A program made the translations under genes and the position numbers. Positions 1-9,374 of a DNA stretch of 64,000 nt are shown here, piece after piece. The notes under the pieces are model-generated. The model was not told where the DNA came from. It saw only the letters and a program-made list of their open reading frames with translations, and made no database searches. Every line of letters begins with the position of its first letter. Positions within the stretch are counted from its first letter, which is position 1. The stretch is taken from the IMG/VR virus record IMGVR_UViG_3300005364_000001; one strand, 5' to 3'. The stretch is from an uncultured virus (IMG/VR IMGVR_UViG_3300005364_000001). Lineage: Duplodnaviria > Heunggongvirae > Uroviricota > Caudoviricetes.

Positions 1-31
1 CGGTGTACCTCGTGCTCGAGGACCCCGCGCC

Positions 32-646
32 ATGAGGGCGCCGCCTAAGCGCTTCGCGGCGCCGGTGGTGCTCGCGGCCGATCCGCCGTGGCTCTTTCGC
101 GACAAGCTGCCCGGCAAGCGCCGCGGGGCGAGCGCGAACTACCGCTGCATCACGCTTGAGGAGATCAAGGCCTTTCGGTTGCCGCGCCAGGTCGTGAGCG
201 CGCCGGACGCGGTGCTGTTTCTGTGGCGTGTGTCGGCGATGGAGCAGGAGGCGCTCGACGTCGCGCGCGCCTGGGGCTTTTCCCCGTACGGCGAGCTGAT
301 CTGGCAGAAGATGACCAAGCACGGCAAGGAGCACTTCGGCATGGGGCGGATCTTCCGCGCGGCGCACGAGACGTGCCTGGTCGCGGTGCGGGGCAGGGTG
401 ATCCCCGCGGTGCATGACGTGCGGTCGACCTTCCGCGCGCCGGTGGGCCTACACAGCGAGAAGCCGGCGGCCTTTTACCGGGTGATCGAGCGCCTGTACC
501 CCGACGCGCACCGATATGAGATCTTCGCCCGACGGCCGCGGGTAGGCTGGGCGCAGTGGGGCAACGAGCTCGGCGCGCTCGAGCACGAGCAGCTGAGCAT
601 GGCGATAGGGGAGGGGGACGACGATGGGGACAAGCAAGCAGTCTGA
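32..646 (+). CDS. MT-A70 family adenine methyltransferase
   Basis: ADPPW catalytic motif, LFLW, W-K...GMG, HSEKP, and EIFAR..R.GW..WGNE motifs typical of MT-A70. Confidence 0.9.
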   Translation: MRAPPKRFAAPVVLAADPPWLFRDKLPGKRRGASANYRCITLEEIKAFRLPRQVVSAPDAVLFLWRVSAMEQEALDVARAWGFSPYGELIWQKMTKHGKEHFGMGRIFRAAHETCLVAVRGRVIPAVHDVRSTFRAPVGLHSEKPAAFYRVIERLYPDAHRYEIFARRPRVGWAQWGNELGALEHEQLSMAIGEGDDDGDKQAV

Positions 647-1025
647 GGAGGAGGGCGCGCGCAGCTTCTGCCGCACGCTCGAGCAGATCGACGACGGGCA
701 GGGCGTGATCGACATGAGTGTCGAGCTCCAGGTGCTGCTCACCAACCTGCTCAAGCACGCGCGCAACACCAACCAAGACGCGAAGGGCTCGTACACGCTC
801 AAGCTCCAGTTCAACGTCGAGCCTAACTCGATCGTCAACGTCGGCTACGAGGTCGGCGTCAAGACGCCCAAGCGCAAGACCGGCAAGACTACCGTGTGGG
901 TGACCAACGGCGGCAACCTGGTCGCCGAAAACCCCCGCCAGCAGAAGCTCCCGCTGCGCGAGGTGCAGACGCGGCACTACGCCGACGTCGAGAACGATGT
1001 CGCCAAGCCGATGAAGGAGGTCTGA
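624..1025 (+). CDS. Conserved phage protein (YfdP-like partner of DUF2303)
   Basis: KG-x-TLKL and GNL..ENPRQ.KLPL motifs; lies directly upstream of the DUF2303 gene. Confidence 0.65.
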   Translation: MGTSKQSEEEGARSFCRTLEQIDDGQGVIDMSVELQVLLTNLLKHARNTNQDAKGSYTLKLQFNVEPNSIVNVGYEVGVKTPKRKTGKTTVWVTNGGNLVAENPRQQKLPLREVQTRHYADVENDVAKPMKEV

Positions 1026-1027
1026 CG

Positions 1028-1969
1028 GTGGAGGACGACGATCTCGAGCCGATCACCTTGGGCAACGTGCAGGCGGCGCTCGAGCAGCTGCGCGATAGCT
1101 ACGTGCGGCCGCTTCAGTTCGACGATGGAAAGGAGATGCCCATCGTCGCCCTCGGCAGCGGCATGTCGCTTAAGTCGCTCAAGCCGCTGCTCGACGAGTT
1201 CAACCGCTACCCCGAGCGCATGCGGGGCTTCGCCCAGCTGACCGACCTCGACTCGCTCGCGGCCTACGTCAATCGCCACAAGCGGCCCGAGTCGATCCTG
1301 TTCCTCGACGACGTCGACCCCAAGGAGCCGGCGGTGCATGTGGTCTTCGACGCGCACGAGCCGACCTCGGTCGACCCGAACGCGGGGGCGCTGCCGGGCT
1401 GGGGCGAGTTCGGCGCGCGCTACAACTTCCCGCTTACGCCCGAGTGGAAGGCGTGGCGCGACGTCGCGGGCAAGTGGCTCAACCAGGGCGAGTTCGCCGG
1501 GTTCATCGAGCAGCACGTGCTCGAGGTGATCGACCCGACCGACCCGGGCGAGCGCGCGCGAGCGCTGGCGCAGGAGCTGGGGCTCTCGCTCGCGGGCAAG
1601 GCCAAGCTCTTCGAGCTGAGCCGCGGGCTGAAGGTCAACGTCAACCAGGGCGTCGCCAACGCGGTCAACCTGGCGACGGGCGAGGGGCAGGTGATCTTCG
1701 AGGAGAAGCACACCGGCGCCGGCGGCGAGACGCTGCGGGTGCCGGGCGCCTTCGCGGTCGCGGTGCCGGTGTTCCGCGGGGGCGCGGCCTACCGGATGAT
1801 CGTGATGCTGCGCTACCGCATCGAGGAGCGTCATCTCAAGTGGCAGCTCGCGCCGCACTTGATCGACCAGGTCTTCGACGATGCGCTCGAGGGCGCCGCC
1901 AAGCAGCTGCGCGAGGCGACCGCGCTGCCGGTGTTCCGCGGCCGCCCGAGCCGCGAGCTTCAGCGCTGA
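1028..1969 (+). CDS. DUF2303 / YfdQ family protein
   Basis: GTG start after AAGGAGG; W..W.....Q.EFA.FIE and P..F....PVF.GG...LRYR motifs. Confidence 0.8.
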   Translation: MEDDDLEPITLGNVQAALEQLRDSYVRPLQFDDGKEMPIVALGSGMSLKSLKPLLDEFNRYPERMRGFAQLTDLDSLAAYVNRHKRPESILFLDDVDPKEPAVHVVFDAHEPTSVDPNAGALPGWGEFGARYNFPLTPEWKAWRDVAGKWLNQGEFAGFIEQHVLEVIDPTDPGERARALAQELGLSLAGKAKLFELSRGLKVNVNQGVANAVNLATGEGQVIFEEKHTGAGGETLRVPGAFAVAVPVFRGGAAYRMIVMLRYRIEERHLKWQLAPHLIDQVFDDALEGAAKQLREATALPVFRGRPSRELQR

Positions 1970-2433
1970 GGCGCGAGCGGGGCCAGGCGGAACACGCGCG
2001 CGAAGCGGGTCGCGTTGCGCTCAGCGGCCAGCGTCAGGAAGGCGAGCACGCTCGGCAGGTCGCCCTCAGTCAGGTCGGCGACCCGCACGCCGCGCGAGGC
2101 GCCCTTACGCGGGTGCAGCAGCCAGAGCGTGAGCTCGACGTGCGCGCGCAGGTCGTGGTCGAGCGCGATCGAGAAGTAGAAGTTCACGACCTCGTTCAGG
2201 TCGTCGAGCGCGATCGTAGCCTCGAGCTCGGGCCACGTATCGAACGACATCGAGGAGCTCCAGTCCTCGGGGTCGCCCACGCTCATGTAGTCCTCGCCGG
2301 GGCCCCATGAGGTGTAGCTCGGGTTGCGCTCGAGCAAGGCGAGCGCCCAGGGCGCCGGGGCGCGAACGTCGTCGAGCTCGGCGCACATCTCGTCGAGGTC
2401 GGCGGCGGTGGTGCAGCGAAATGTGGTCGTCAT
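1960..2433 (-). CDS. Hypothetical protein
   Basis: ATG after AAGGAG, high-GC3 codons, ATGA overlap with the upstream gene. Confidence 0.7.
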   Translation of the reverse strand: MTTTFRCTTAADLDEMCAELDDVRAPAPWALALLERNPSYTSWGPGEDYMSVGDPEDWSSSMSFDTWPELEATIALDDLNEVVNFYFSIALDHDLRAHVELTLWLLHPRKGASRGVRVADLTEGDLPSVLAFLTLAAERNATRFARVFRLAPLAPQR

Positions 2434-2627
2434 CGGCACTCCTTGCGGCTCGAGCTGGTGAGGGTTTGGCGGATGCGCGTGAGCTCCTGGCGGATCTCGC
2501 GTAGCTCGCGCTCGACGCCCGAGAAGGGGTCCGACGCGGCGGCGTGGGGCTGCATGGTGCCAGCGATGTAGCCGCTGAGCACCAGCGCGAGGGCAAGGCC
2601 TACGCGGCGTTGGGTGGGGAGATTCAT
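2430..2627 (-). CDS. Small secreted/membrane-anchored coiled-coil protein
   Basis: N-terminal hydrophobic signal-like segment followed by heptad pattern. Confidence 0.6.
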   Translation of the reverse strand: MNLPTQRRVGLALALVLSGYIAGTMQPHAAASDPFSGVERELREIRQELTRIRQTLTSSSRKECR

Positions 2628-2701
2628 CTGAGGGGGTACTGCTTTCTCGAGCTGAGCTCGCGTCGATCGCCGAGGTTGGCCTCAAGGCGGGCGAGGTGAG
2701 A

Positions 2702-3139
2702 TCAGCGCGTGAGGCTGGCCAGGTACCAGCTCGCCAGCGGGGCATCCTGCTCGCGCACCATGAAGAGCGTGTTGCGCAGCTCGCGCGCGGTCGGATTGCG
2801 GTAGAGCGAAACCTCGAGGCCGAGGCCGAGCAGCACCGCGTCGTCGAGGGGGGCGTCCTGGTTGCCGACCGCGAAGAGGGCAGCGCGTAGGTCGCGGGCG
2901 GTGGGGGGCCGAGTGGGCGCTTCCAGCTCGGCCTTCATGTACTCGGCACACTCGACTGCGCTGAAAAACCAGGCGCCATCCTGGAGGAGGTAGGCGTTTT
3001 CGGCGAAGCGCACCGCGAAGCGGTGCACGTGCAGCTCGGGCTCGTCGTCGTCGATGGAGATCGCGGCCTCGAGGTCGAGGGCGGTACAGGCGGCGTGGAG
3101 CGCGGCGATGCGAAGGACGGAGGTCGTGGTCGTGGACAT
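2702..3139 (-). CDS. Hypothetical protein with internal PTARxLR..LF.V..QDAPL duplication
   Basis: Coding-like codon usage; motif occurs twice in the translation. Confidence 0.65.
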   Translation of the reverse strand: MSTTTTSVLRIAALHAACTALDLEAAISIDDDEPELHVHRFAVRFAENAYLLQDGAWFFSAVECAEYMKAELEAPTRPPTARDLRAALFAVGNQDAPLDDAVLLGLGLEVSLYRNPTARELRNTLFMVREQDAPLASWYLASLTR

Positions 3140-3173
3140 TGGGGGCCTTTCAAGGTTGGGGGGCGGTGGGGCG

Positions 3174-3539
3174 TCAATCGCGGCTGGGCACCGTGACCAG
3201 CACCTGGCGGCCATCGCCGCGCGTGACCATGGAGGCGCCGTTGGCGACCGCCGTAAGCAGCCTCAGCGCGGCGTCGCGTTCGCTGCCGTGGCCGAGCTCG
3301 AGGTACACGCGGTTCTCGCCGATCTGCACGATCCAGGTCATCGCCGCCGGCGTCGCCAGCTCGAGCGTCGCGGCGAGCTGGTGCAGGGTCGCGCGCACCT
3401 GGCGGTAGTGCGAGGCCCTCTGAGCGTGCGGAACGTCGAGCACTTGGCGGTGGTGCGGGCCTACGAGGCGAATCTGCGGGCAGACGTTGCCGAGGTCAGT
3501 CGTGGCGACTTCGACGATGCGCTTGATCGAGGTGGTCAT
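3174..3539 (-). CDS. Hypothetical protein, first gene of leftward operon
   Basis: ATG 6 nt after a -10-like hexamer; coding-like codons. Confidence 0.6.
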   Translation of the reverse strand: MTTSIKRIVEVATTDLGNVCPQIRLVGPHHRQVLDVPHAQRASHYRQVRATLHQLAATLELATPAAMTWIVQIGENRVYLELGHGSERDAALRLLTAVANGASMVTRGDGRQVLVTVPSRD

Positions 3540-3636
3540 AAACCAAGGATGGCATCCGTTCCGATGGTTATGCAATGCCAAACCATGAGATGGTTACGCA
3601 TTGCGTTACCAGGCCCACCCATGCCAGGATTCGAGG
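3540..3636. promoter_or_regulatory. Divergent promoters with two 23-bp imperfect palindromic operators (3564-3586, 3590-3612)
   Basis: AT-richer gap; ATGGTT-N11-AACCAT-like sites each containing a TTGCRT -35; third copy at 15767-15789. Confidence 0.65.
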
Positions 3637-4149
3637 ATGCCGAAGAAGAAGCCCGCGCCGCCGCCCGGTCGACCTGCGAAAAGGTCGAAGGACGGCAAGC
3701 TGTTTGCGCTGGTGCGTGAGATCCCCGGGCCTGAGCCCGAGTTAGTGCACGAGGTGCCGCGCGCGTTCATGGCCCGCACGGTGGGGGGCCCTGGCCATGC
3801 CGCGACCCGCCAGGAGGCCGAGACGCCGCGCCTGGCGCTCGAGGCGCTCGAGCGCCAGCTCAACGAGCCGGTCGAGCCCTACGACGCCGAGACGCGGCAG
3901 CTGCTGCGCACCCCCTGGAAGCGCCGGGGGCAGCCCCGCGGGGGCGCGCCGCGCCGCTACCGCGAGGCGGCGACCGAGACGGCGTGTCTGCGCCTGCCGC
4001 CGAGCCTCAAGGAGGCGCTCCAGCAGGTGGCCGCGTACCGGGGGACCAGCACGGCCGAGGTGATGATCTCGGCGCTGGTCGCCTACATCGAGAACGAGCC
4101 CACGCTCGCCGCATTCTTGCGGCCGCGCGAGGTGCTTTCTACTCAATAG
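3637..4149 (+). CDS. DNA-binding protein with C-terminal ribbon-helix-helix (CopG/Arc-like) domain
   Basis: TACLRLPPSLKEALQQVAAYRGTSTAEVMISALVAYI fits the RHH pattern. Confidence 0.7.
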   Translation: MPKKKPAPPPGRPAKRSKDGKLFALVREIPGPEPELVHEVPRAFMARTVGGPGHAATRQEAETPRLALEALERQLNEPVEPYDAETRQLLRTPWKRRGQPRGGAPRRYREAATETACLRLPPSLKEALQQVAAYRGTSTAEVMISALVAYIENEPTLAAFLRPREVLSTQ

Positions 4150-4170
4150 AAAGTGCCGAAAGGACCCACC

Positions 4171-5028
4171 ATGGACGGCAAGTGGCACCAGCTCGACGTG
4201 ATCCGCGACCTGCGCCGCGAGGGCCAGCTCGGCGCCCTCGGCGCCTACGCGCTGCTGTACAGCCAGGCCCTGGCCGACCCTGACCTCGACGGGATCGTGC
4301 TCGCCGAGGATCTCGGCTCGGCGGTCGAGCACGTGGCCGCGCGCCGGCTGGTGAGCGCGGGCCTGTTCGCGGAGGTGCCGGGGGGTTTTCGCATCGTCGA
4401 CTGGCCCGATCCGCCGCAGATCGACCCGGGCCCTGGTCGGAGCGCCGACGCCGAGCTCGAGGCCTCGGTCGGTCAACGCCCAAGCCCCGCGGCCGCCGCC
4501 GCCTGGGCGCAGAACCTGCCCGGGGGGCTCGAGGGCGTGTTCCGGCCCGGCCCCGACAACGACAACGTCCCGGCCGAGCTCGCCGGCCGAGGCGACATGC
4601 TGCGCCAGTACGAGGGCGCCGATGCGGCCCGGCCCGAGGAGGTGATCCGGTGCTTTCAGCGCTGCTACCTCGCCAAGTTCGGGCAGCTGCCCTATCTCGG
4701 CGGCAAGAACACGCACGACTTCCCCGAGCGCCTACGCGGCACCGCGCGCCTACGCCACGTCGACCCGCTCCAGCTGCTCGAGCAGGTCTTCGCCGCCTGG
4801 GCGCAGGCCCCGCTCGACGACCGCGCCCTCGATGCCCCGTACGCGGCGTTCGCGGCCCGCTTCGGCTCGCTGGTGGGTCGCACAGGCAGCGCGCAGAGCC
4901 CCGCCGAGCGGCTCAAGCGCCAGCTCAGCGAGGCACTGGCCAAGGGCGATCGGCAGGCGTACGACAGACTCAACGCCGAGTACCAAACGGCGATCCTCGG
5001 GGGACGCAGTGCCAAGCCCGCCATCTAG
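4171..5028 (+). CDS. Putative phage replication initiator-like protein
   Basis: N-terminal wHTH-like LVSAGLF....GGFRIVDW segment, low-complexity linker, helical C-terminal domain; early-region position. Confidence 0.45.
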   Translation: MDGKWHQLDVIRDLRREGQLGALGAYALLYSQALADPDLDGIVLAEDLGSAVEHVAARRLVSAGLFAEVPGGFRIVDWPDPPQIDPGPGRSADAELEASVGQRPSPAAAAAWAQNLPGGLEGVFRPGPDNDNVPAELAGRGDMLRQYEGADAARPEEVIRCFQRCYLAKFGQLPYLGGKNTHDFPERLRGTARLRHVDPLQLLEQVFAAWAQAPLDDRALDAPYAAFAARFGSLVGRTGSAQSPAERLKRQLSEALAKGDRQAYDRLNAEYQTAILGGRSAKPAI

Positions 5029-5521
5029 CCCCGCGACGCGCGCGCTCGACTGGGCGAGCCTCGGCGCGATCATGTCGGGGGATACCGCCGCCCGATACCG
5101 CGTGTATGTGACCGACGTCGTGCAGTACCTCGGGCTCTACCGGCCCGGGCAGCTCGAGTTCCCCGCGTGCCTCGACGGCGTGAGCGTCGAGGCGGTGCTC
5201 GCGGCCTCGCGCGCCGAGACCCCGACCGATGAGCAGAAGCTCATCCTGGCCGCCTTTGGCCAGTGGCGGCACGACGTGATCCGGCTCGAGGTGCGTAACG
5301 ACAAGCACCTTTCCACCCTGGCCAACGCGCTCGCGCAGACCGCCAAGCGGCCGCCCTCGATCGACTGGCCCGAGGCTCAGCAGCACCGCACGCAGCTCGA
5401 GCGGCACCTGCGCACCGTCTGGCGGCTCGAGCCCCCCGCCGTGGGCGAGAACCTGCGCGAGTGGGCGGCCCAGCACGCCCGCCGCCCCGACCTCCTGCCG
5501 CTCAGCTGGCGGCAACTGTAA
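5009..5521 (+). CDS. Hypothetical protein
   Basis: Coding-like codons; start uncertain (GTG 5009 or ATG 5072). Confidence 0.6.
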   Translation: MPSPPSSPATRALDWASLGAIMSGDTAARYRVYVTDVVQYLGLYRPGQLEFPACLDGVSVEAVLAASRAETPTDEQKLILAAFGQWRHDVIRLEVRNDKHLSTLANALAQTAKRPPSIDWPEAQQHRTQLERHLRTVWRLEPPAVGENLREWAAQHARRPDLLPLSWRQL

Positions 5522-5532
5522 AGCAGCCCACC

Positions 5533-5562
5533 TTGCTCCCTGGCTGGGATAGGTGGTATTCT
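5533..5562 (+). promoter_or_regulatory. Sigma70-like promoter TTGCTC-18-TATTCT with extended TG
   Basis: Hexamers and spacing seen in the intergenic gap. Confidence 0.5.
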
Positions 5563-5605
5563 GTTCTTAGGCCGCTCGAGCGGCAGTGAGGATTGAGGCA
5601 AGACC

Positions 5606-5776
5606 GTGGAAACTAGGACCTACACGCTGACCGGCGACGACCTGCGGGGCTATCTCGCCGACAAGTACGATCGCGAGTTCCTCAAGCGCTCGCTCGCGAC
5701 CGATGAGAAGCCCGGTACCCGGATCGAGCTGTACACGCCCGACAACCGCCTGCTCGAGGCCTACGTCGTAAGCTGA
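5606..5776 (+). CDS. Small hypothetical protein (56 aa, not in ORF track)
   Basis: GTG after GAGG; METRTYTLTGDDLRGYLADK...; high GC3. Confidence 0.65.
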   Translation: METRTYTLTGDDLRGYLADKYDREFLKRSLATDEKPGTRIELYTPDNRLLEAYVVS

Positions 5777-5819
5777 CGCGAGCGGCTGCCGCCTGGCATA
5801 ACCGAGCCAGGGGTGCCCC

Positions 5820-6110
5820 GTGGTCGATCAGCATGCCGAGCGGCTGCTCAAGGTGCACAACGTGCGCGCCTTCGAGGCCTACCTGAGCGTTGCGGCCGCC
5901 GAGACGCGCGCCCCCCTGATCGCGTGGGCCAGTGCCACGGTCGCGGCGATGTGTGCGCCCGTGGATAAGCCCGTGGTGGTGGTGCTGATCGGGCTCAGGC
6001 CGCGGGCCTGGTTCGCGCTCGGGCTGCTGCACGTGCTGGCCTGGTGGCGCGTGCGCCGCGCGATTCGCACCAGAGGACAGGGCTATCGCGTCTGCGTACG
6101 ATTTGCCTGA
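5820..6110 (+). CDS. Hypothetical protein
   Basis: ORF in a contiguous operon. Confidence 0.45.
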   Translation: MVDQHAERLLKVHNVRAFEAYLSVAAAETRAPLIAWASATVAAMCAPVDKPVVVVLIGLRPRAWFALGLLHVLAWWRVRRAIRTRGQGYRVCVRFA

Positions 6111-6111
6111 T

Positions 6112-6450
6112 ATGACCGCCCCGTACCCCGAGCCCGACTTCTCAGCGAGCCCAGAAGAGCGCGAGGCCCTGCGCACGCTCGCGCCGGTGCGCGCGACGCT
6201 CGAGCGCATCACGCGCAAGACGCTCGAGCGCGCCGGCGGTGGCGAGCTCGACCCGCTTCAGCTGCGGATCGCGGTCGAGGCCCACTGGACGCTGATCCTC
6301 GAGGGCTACCGCCGCGGGGTGCGCATGGTGCACCGGGGCCTGCATCGCGCCGAGGGGCTCGACCACGCGCTGGTCGACCAGGCGGTCGACTTCGCGCTGC
6401 GCGAGCTGCTCGAGGACGATCGCGAGCAGCGCGAGCGGAGGCCCAAGTGA
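6112..6450 (+). CDS. Hypothetical protein
   Basis: High GC3; coupled to the next gene. Confidence 0.65.
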   Translation: MTAPYPEPDFSASPEEREALRTLAPVRATLERITRKTLERAGGGELDPLQLRIAVEAHWTLILEGYRRGVRMVHRGLHRAEGLDHALVDQAVDFALRELLEDDREQRERRPK

Positions 6451-6731
6451 TGTCCGCACACCGCACGACTGCGCGGCCGGCGGCAGCCAAGCAGCGGCCG
6501 CTTCGGCGGCAGGTGCGGCGCATGCTGCTCGCGCGCGCGGCGATCCTGCGCGAGGCGCTCGATCGCGTGGGGCTCAGCGTCGAGGACGACGACACGGGGA
6601 TCGCGCTCATGGCGCTGGGGCTCGAGCTGCTCGAGGCGCGGCACACCGAGCCGCAATTGCGCTCGCTGTTCGAGCGACTACTTACTGCACCCATCGCCAA
6701 CGACATCCGCGCCGACACGAGGGGCACGTGA
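6447..6731 (+). CDS. Hypothetical protein
   Basis: GGAGG RBS, GTGA overlap. Confidence 0.65.
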   Translation: MMSAHRTTARPAAAKQRPLRRQVRRMLLARAAILREALDRVGLSVEDDDTGIALMALGLELLEARHTEPQLRSLFERLLTAPIANDIRADTRGT

Positions 6732-7075
6732 GCGAGGTCCTCGTCCCCGAGAAGAAGCACCTCAAGACGCTTGAGCGGCGGATCGCGCACCTCGAGGGGC
6801 GGCTCGACGAGCGCCGCGAGCGGCAGGGCATGGTGAGCGGCTCGGCCACCTTCGAGGCGAGCGAGCTCGCGGCGCTGCGGGTCGCCGTGAGCCTGGTCCG
6901 CCAGTACCGGGGCGAGCTCGCCGACGAGGGCGGCTCGTACACGACCCCCTTTCTGCTCGAGGAAGCCGCCGCCGCGCTCGAGTCGGCGCAGTCGCTTGGG
7001 GGGCACGTTTTGCCCGCGCGCACGCTTGTGAAAGAGCTACGAGAGCGCGCACGCTTGCTCGAGGAGCTGGCGTAA
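6728..7075 (+). CDS. Hypothetical protein
   Basis: GTGA overlap, high GC3. Confidence 0.65.
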   Translation: MSEVLVPEKKHLKTLERRIAHLEGRLDERRERQGMVSGSATFEASELAALRVAVSLVRQYRGELADEGGSYTTPFLLEEAAAALESAQSLGGHVLPARTLVKELRERARLLEELA

Positions 7076-7085
7076 GGGGGCACCC

Positions 7086-7235
7086 GTGGCGCTGTATGCG
7101 ATCTTTTTCTACCTGACGGCGGACCTCAGCGGCGCGTTCGGGCTCGACGCGCGCTTCGTGCGCGCCGCCAAGGCGGTCTGCTGGCTCTTGCTGCTGCTCG
7201 CGCTGCTCGGCGTCTTCAGTCGCTTTGACCCATGA
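7086..7235 (+). CDS. Small membrane protein (49 aa, not in ORF track)
   Basis: Two hydrophobic stretches; stop overlaps next ATG (ATGA). Confidence 0.55.
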   Translation: MALYAIFFYLTADLSGAFGLDARFVRAAKAVCWLLLLLALLGVFSRFDP

Positions 7236-7801
7236 CCGGCGGCCCGATCCACGGTGCGCTGTTCGTGCCGGGGCCGATGCCCGGCATGAATGAGATCCTC
7301 GAGGAGCGGGTCGCGGGCGCGCGGCGCATCGCCGGCACGAGTAAGCGCGTCGACGGCTACGGCGCGCTCAAGAAGCGATGGGCGCCGGTGGTGCAGGGCG
7401 CGGCGCTCGCTGCGCGGCTACGCCCGGGCACCATCCCGCCGGCGCACTTCACGTTCGTGCACTACGAGCGCGACCAGCGCCGCGACCCCGACAACTTCGC
7501 CGGCGGCGCGCAGAAGCTCGTCCTCGATGGGCTCAAGGACGCGCACTTGATCGCGAACGACGGCTGGCGCGACGTGCTGGGCATACGTCACCACTGGCTG
7601 GTTGCGCATGCCGTCGGCGGCAAACAGGCGGTCGGCGTGGGGCTGGTGATCGCCGCCCGTACGCTCGAGCTCGAGGAGGCCCTCACGCGCATTTGCGCGG
7701 TCTTTCGCCCGGTCGAGCTGATACCCCGTGCTGCCGAGAGGAGGGCGCGTCGTGCCGCTTCGAGTCGATCAAATCGCGCAGCTGGGCTCGCTGGCGTCTG
7801 A
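7232..7801 (+). CDS. rusA: RusA-like Holliday junction resolvase
   Basis: RRDPDN....K.VLDGL....I.ND acidic catalytic motif. Confidence 0.75.
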   Translation: MTGGPIHGALFVPGPMPGMNEILEERVAGARRIAGTSKRVDGYGALKKRWAPVVQGAALAARLRPGTIPPAHFTFVHYERDQRRDPDNFAGGAQKLVLDGLKDAHLIANDGWRDVLGIRHHWLVAHAVGGKQAVGVGLVIAARTLELEEALTRICAVFRPVELIPRAAERRARRAASSRSNRAAGLAGV

Positions 7802-8066
7802 CCTCGGCACCATCGGCGAGGTCGAGATGCGCGTCGAGGTCGACGATTCCATGAATGCCCGCGCGCGCCTCGTGTACCGCGCGCGCCCCGTCGGGCTGTT
7901 CGGCTCGCCGCTGCCGCCTGAGTACGAGGTGGGGCGCCTCCTGCGCTTTCTGAGTGAGCGCCGGCGGTTCGTGATCGAGCGCGAGGAGCTCGACGGCCGG
8001 CGGTACATCTGCCGCCTGCCCTCGGGCGTCGAGGCGCACGTCGAGCTCGAGGGCGCGGGGACATGA
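7752..8066 (+). CDS. Hypothetical protein
   Basis: GGAGGG RBS, coding-like codons. Confidence 0.55.
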   Translation: MPLRVDQIAQLGSLASDLGTIGEVEMRVEVDDSMNARARLVYRARPVGLFGSPLPPEYEVGRLLRFLSERRRFVIEREELDGRRYICRLPSGVEAHVELEGAGT

Positions 8067-8287
8067 TGGAATGGTCCAGGAATCCGCCCGCCGTCGAGGG
8101 GTATTACTGGCTGATCGGCAGCTTCTCATTCGGTGAGATCCCCCGGATCGTGGAGGTGATCGAGTGGGATGGTCAGCTGTGCGTTGATCTCGGCGCTTAC
8201 GGCCTAACGCGGGTGGATCAGATCGCAGGCACTGCAAAGGAGTGGTGCGGGCCGCTGACTGCGCCGCCATGGCCTGCGGGCCCTTGA
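8063..8287 (+). CDS. Hypothetical protein (W...PP..EGYYW / W.GP...P type)
   Basis: ATGA coupling; motif common in small phage proteins; lower GC. Confidence 0.65.
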   Translation: MMEWSRNPPAVEGYYWLIGSFSFGEIPRIVEVIEWDGQLCVDLGAYGLTRVDQIAGTAKEWCGPLTAPPWPAGP

Positions 8288-8338
8288 TTCAAGCGCGTGG
8301 TCCATGCACTGTCCGCTCGTCGCCTAGCGACAGAGAGG

Positions 8339-8701
8339 ATGCTGCCGATGCGCGTCGTGATGAGTTTCTGCACGAAGGGCGGGCCTAGTCAGGGGGCCGC
8401 GCCGCCGGGCTACCGCCGCGTCGTGACCGGCCCCGCGTGGGGCACCGTGCGGACGCAGTGGGTGTTCGAGCTCATGGAGCTGCGCGTGTCGACCGTGCGC
8501 GGCATGGTGCCGCTCGCGGAGCTGCGCGAGGGCATCGCGACCGCACGGCGGAACCTGCCGCTCTCCGCGATCGCGAGCGAGGCCGAGCAGTACGGCACGA
8601 GCCGCGAGGAGCTCGGGCAGTGCCTCGACTCGCTCGCCACGTGGGCGACGGTGGCCAGCATGCAGGGCGCGACTGACGTCGCTTGGATGGAGGATTTCTG
8701 A
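8339..8701 (+). CDS. Hypothetical protein
   Basis: Coding-like codons; start uncertain. Confidence 0.55.
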   Translation: MLPMRVVMSFCTKGGPSQGAAPPGYRRVVTGPAWGTVRTQWVFELMELRVSTVRGMVPLAELREGIATARRNLPLSAIASEAEQYGTSREELGQCLDSLATWATVASMQGATDVAWMEDF

Positions 8702-8703
8702 AG

Positions 8704-9177
8704 ATGAGCAGCGTGCCCAAACCCTACGCGCAGGGCACCGACGTCCCGGTCGAGCGCTCGCGCGCTGAGCTCGAGACCATCCTGCACAAGCACGGCGCAA
8801 CCTCGATCGGCATGCTGCGCGATCAGGCGGGCGTGGTGCTCGTGTTCGAGATGAGCGGTCGCAGGATCAAGCAGTCGATCGCAAACCCGGATCCGGCGCA
8901 GTACCAGCTCACCGACAAGAGGCAGCGGCGCTCGCCCGAGGCCGTCAAGGCCGCGGTCGAGGCTGAGCTCAAGCGCCGGTGGCGGGCGCTGGTGCTGATC
9001 ATCAAAGCCAAGCTCGAGCTGGTCGCGAGCGGCGGCTCGACCTTCGAAGTCGAGTTCCTGCCGCACGTGCTGCTCCCCAACGGCGAGACGGTGGCCGAGG
9101 CGATGCTGCCGAGGATCGCGCAGGCCTATCAGACAGGCAGCATGCCGCGGCTGAGCCTCGGCGCGGGGGGCTCGTGA
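8704..9177 (+). CDS. Conserved phage hypothetical protein
   Basis: YA..T.V..ERSRAE.E..L.KHGA and WRAL.L.IKAKLE....FE.EFLP...LP.G.TV motifs; GGAGG RBS. Confidence 0.75.
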   Translation: MSSVPKPYAQGTDVPVERSRAELETILHKHGATSIGMLRDQAGVVLVFEMSGRRIKQSIANPDPAQYQLTDKRQRRSPEAVKAAVEAELKRRWRALVLIIKAKLELVASGGSTFEVEFLPHVLLPNGETVAEAMLPRIAQAYQTGSMPRLSLGAGGS

Positions 9178-9374
9178 TCGACGTCTACCGGGTGAGGGTG
9201 CGCGCGACGGATGAGCTCGGGCGTGAACGCGAGTTCGCCGAGTTCATCACGGCGACTTCCGCCGACGAGGCGGGCGCCTTGGTCGAGGCACGAGTCGGGC
9301 TGCGACGGCTGGCGATCACGTATGTGGGGGCTGCTCAACGCGGGCGCTGGGAGCCGATCCCGGGAGACAAGTGA
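9174..9374 (+). CDS. Small hypothetical protein
   Basis: GTGA coupling at both ends. Confidence 0.55.
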   Translation: MIDVYRVRVRATDELGREREFAEFITATSADEAGALVEARVGLRRLAITYVGAAQRGRWEPIPGDK

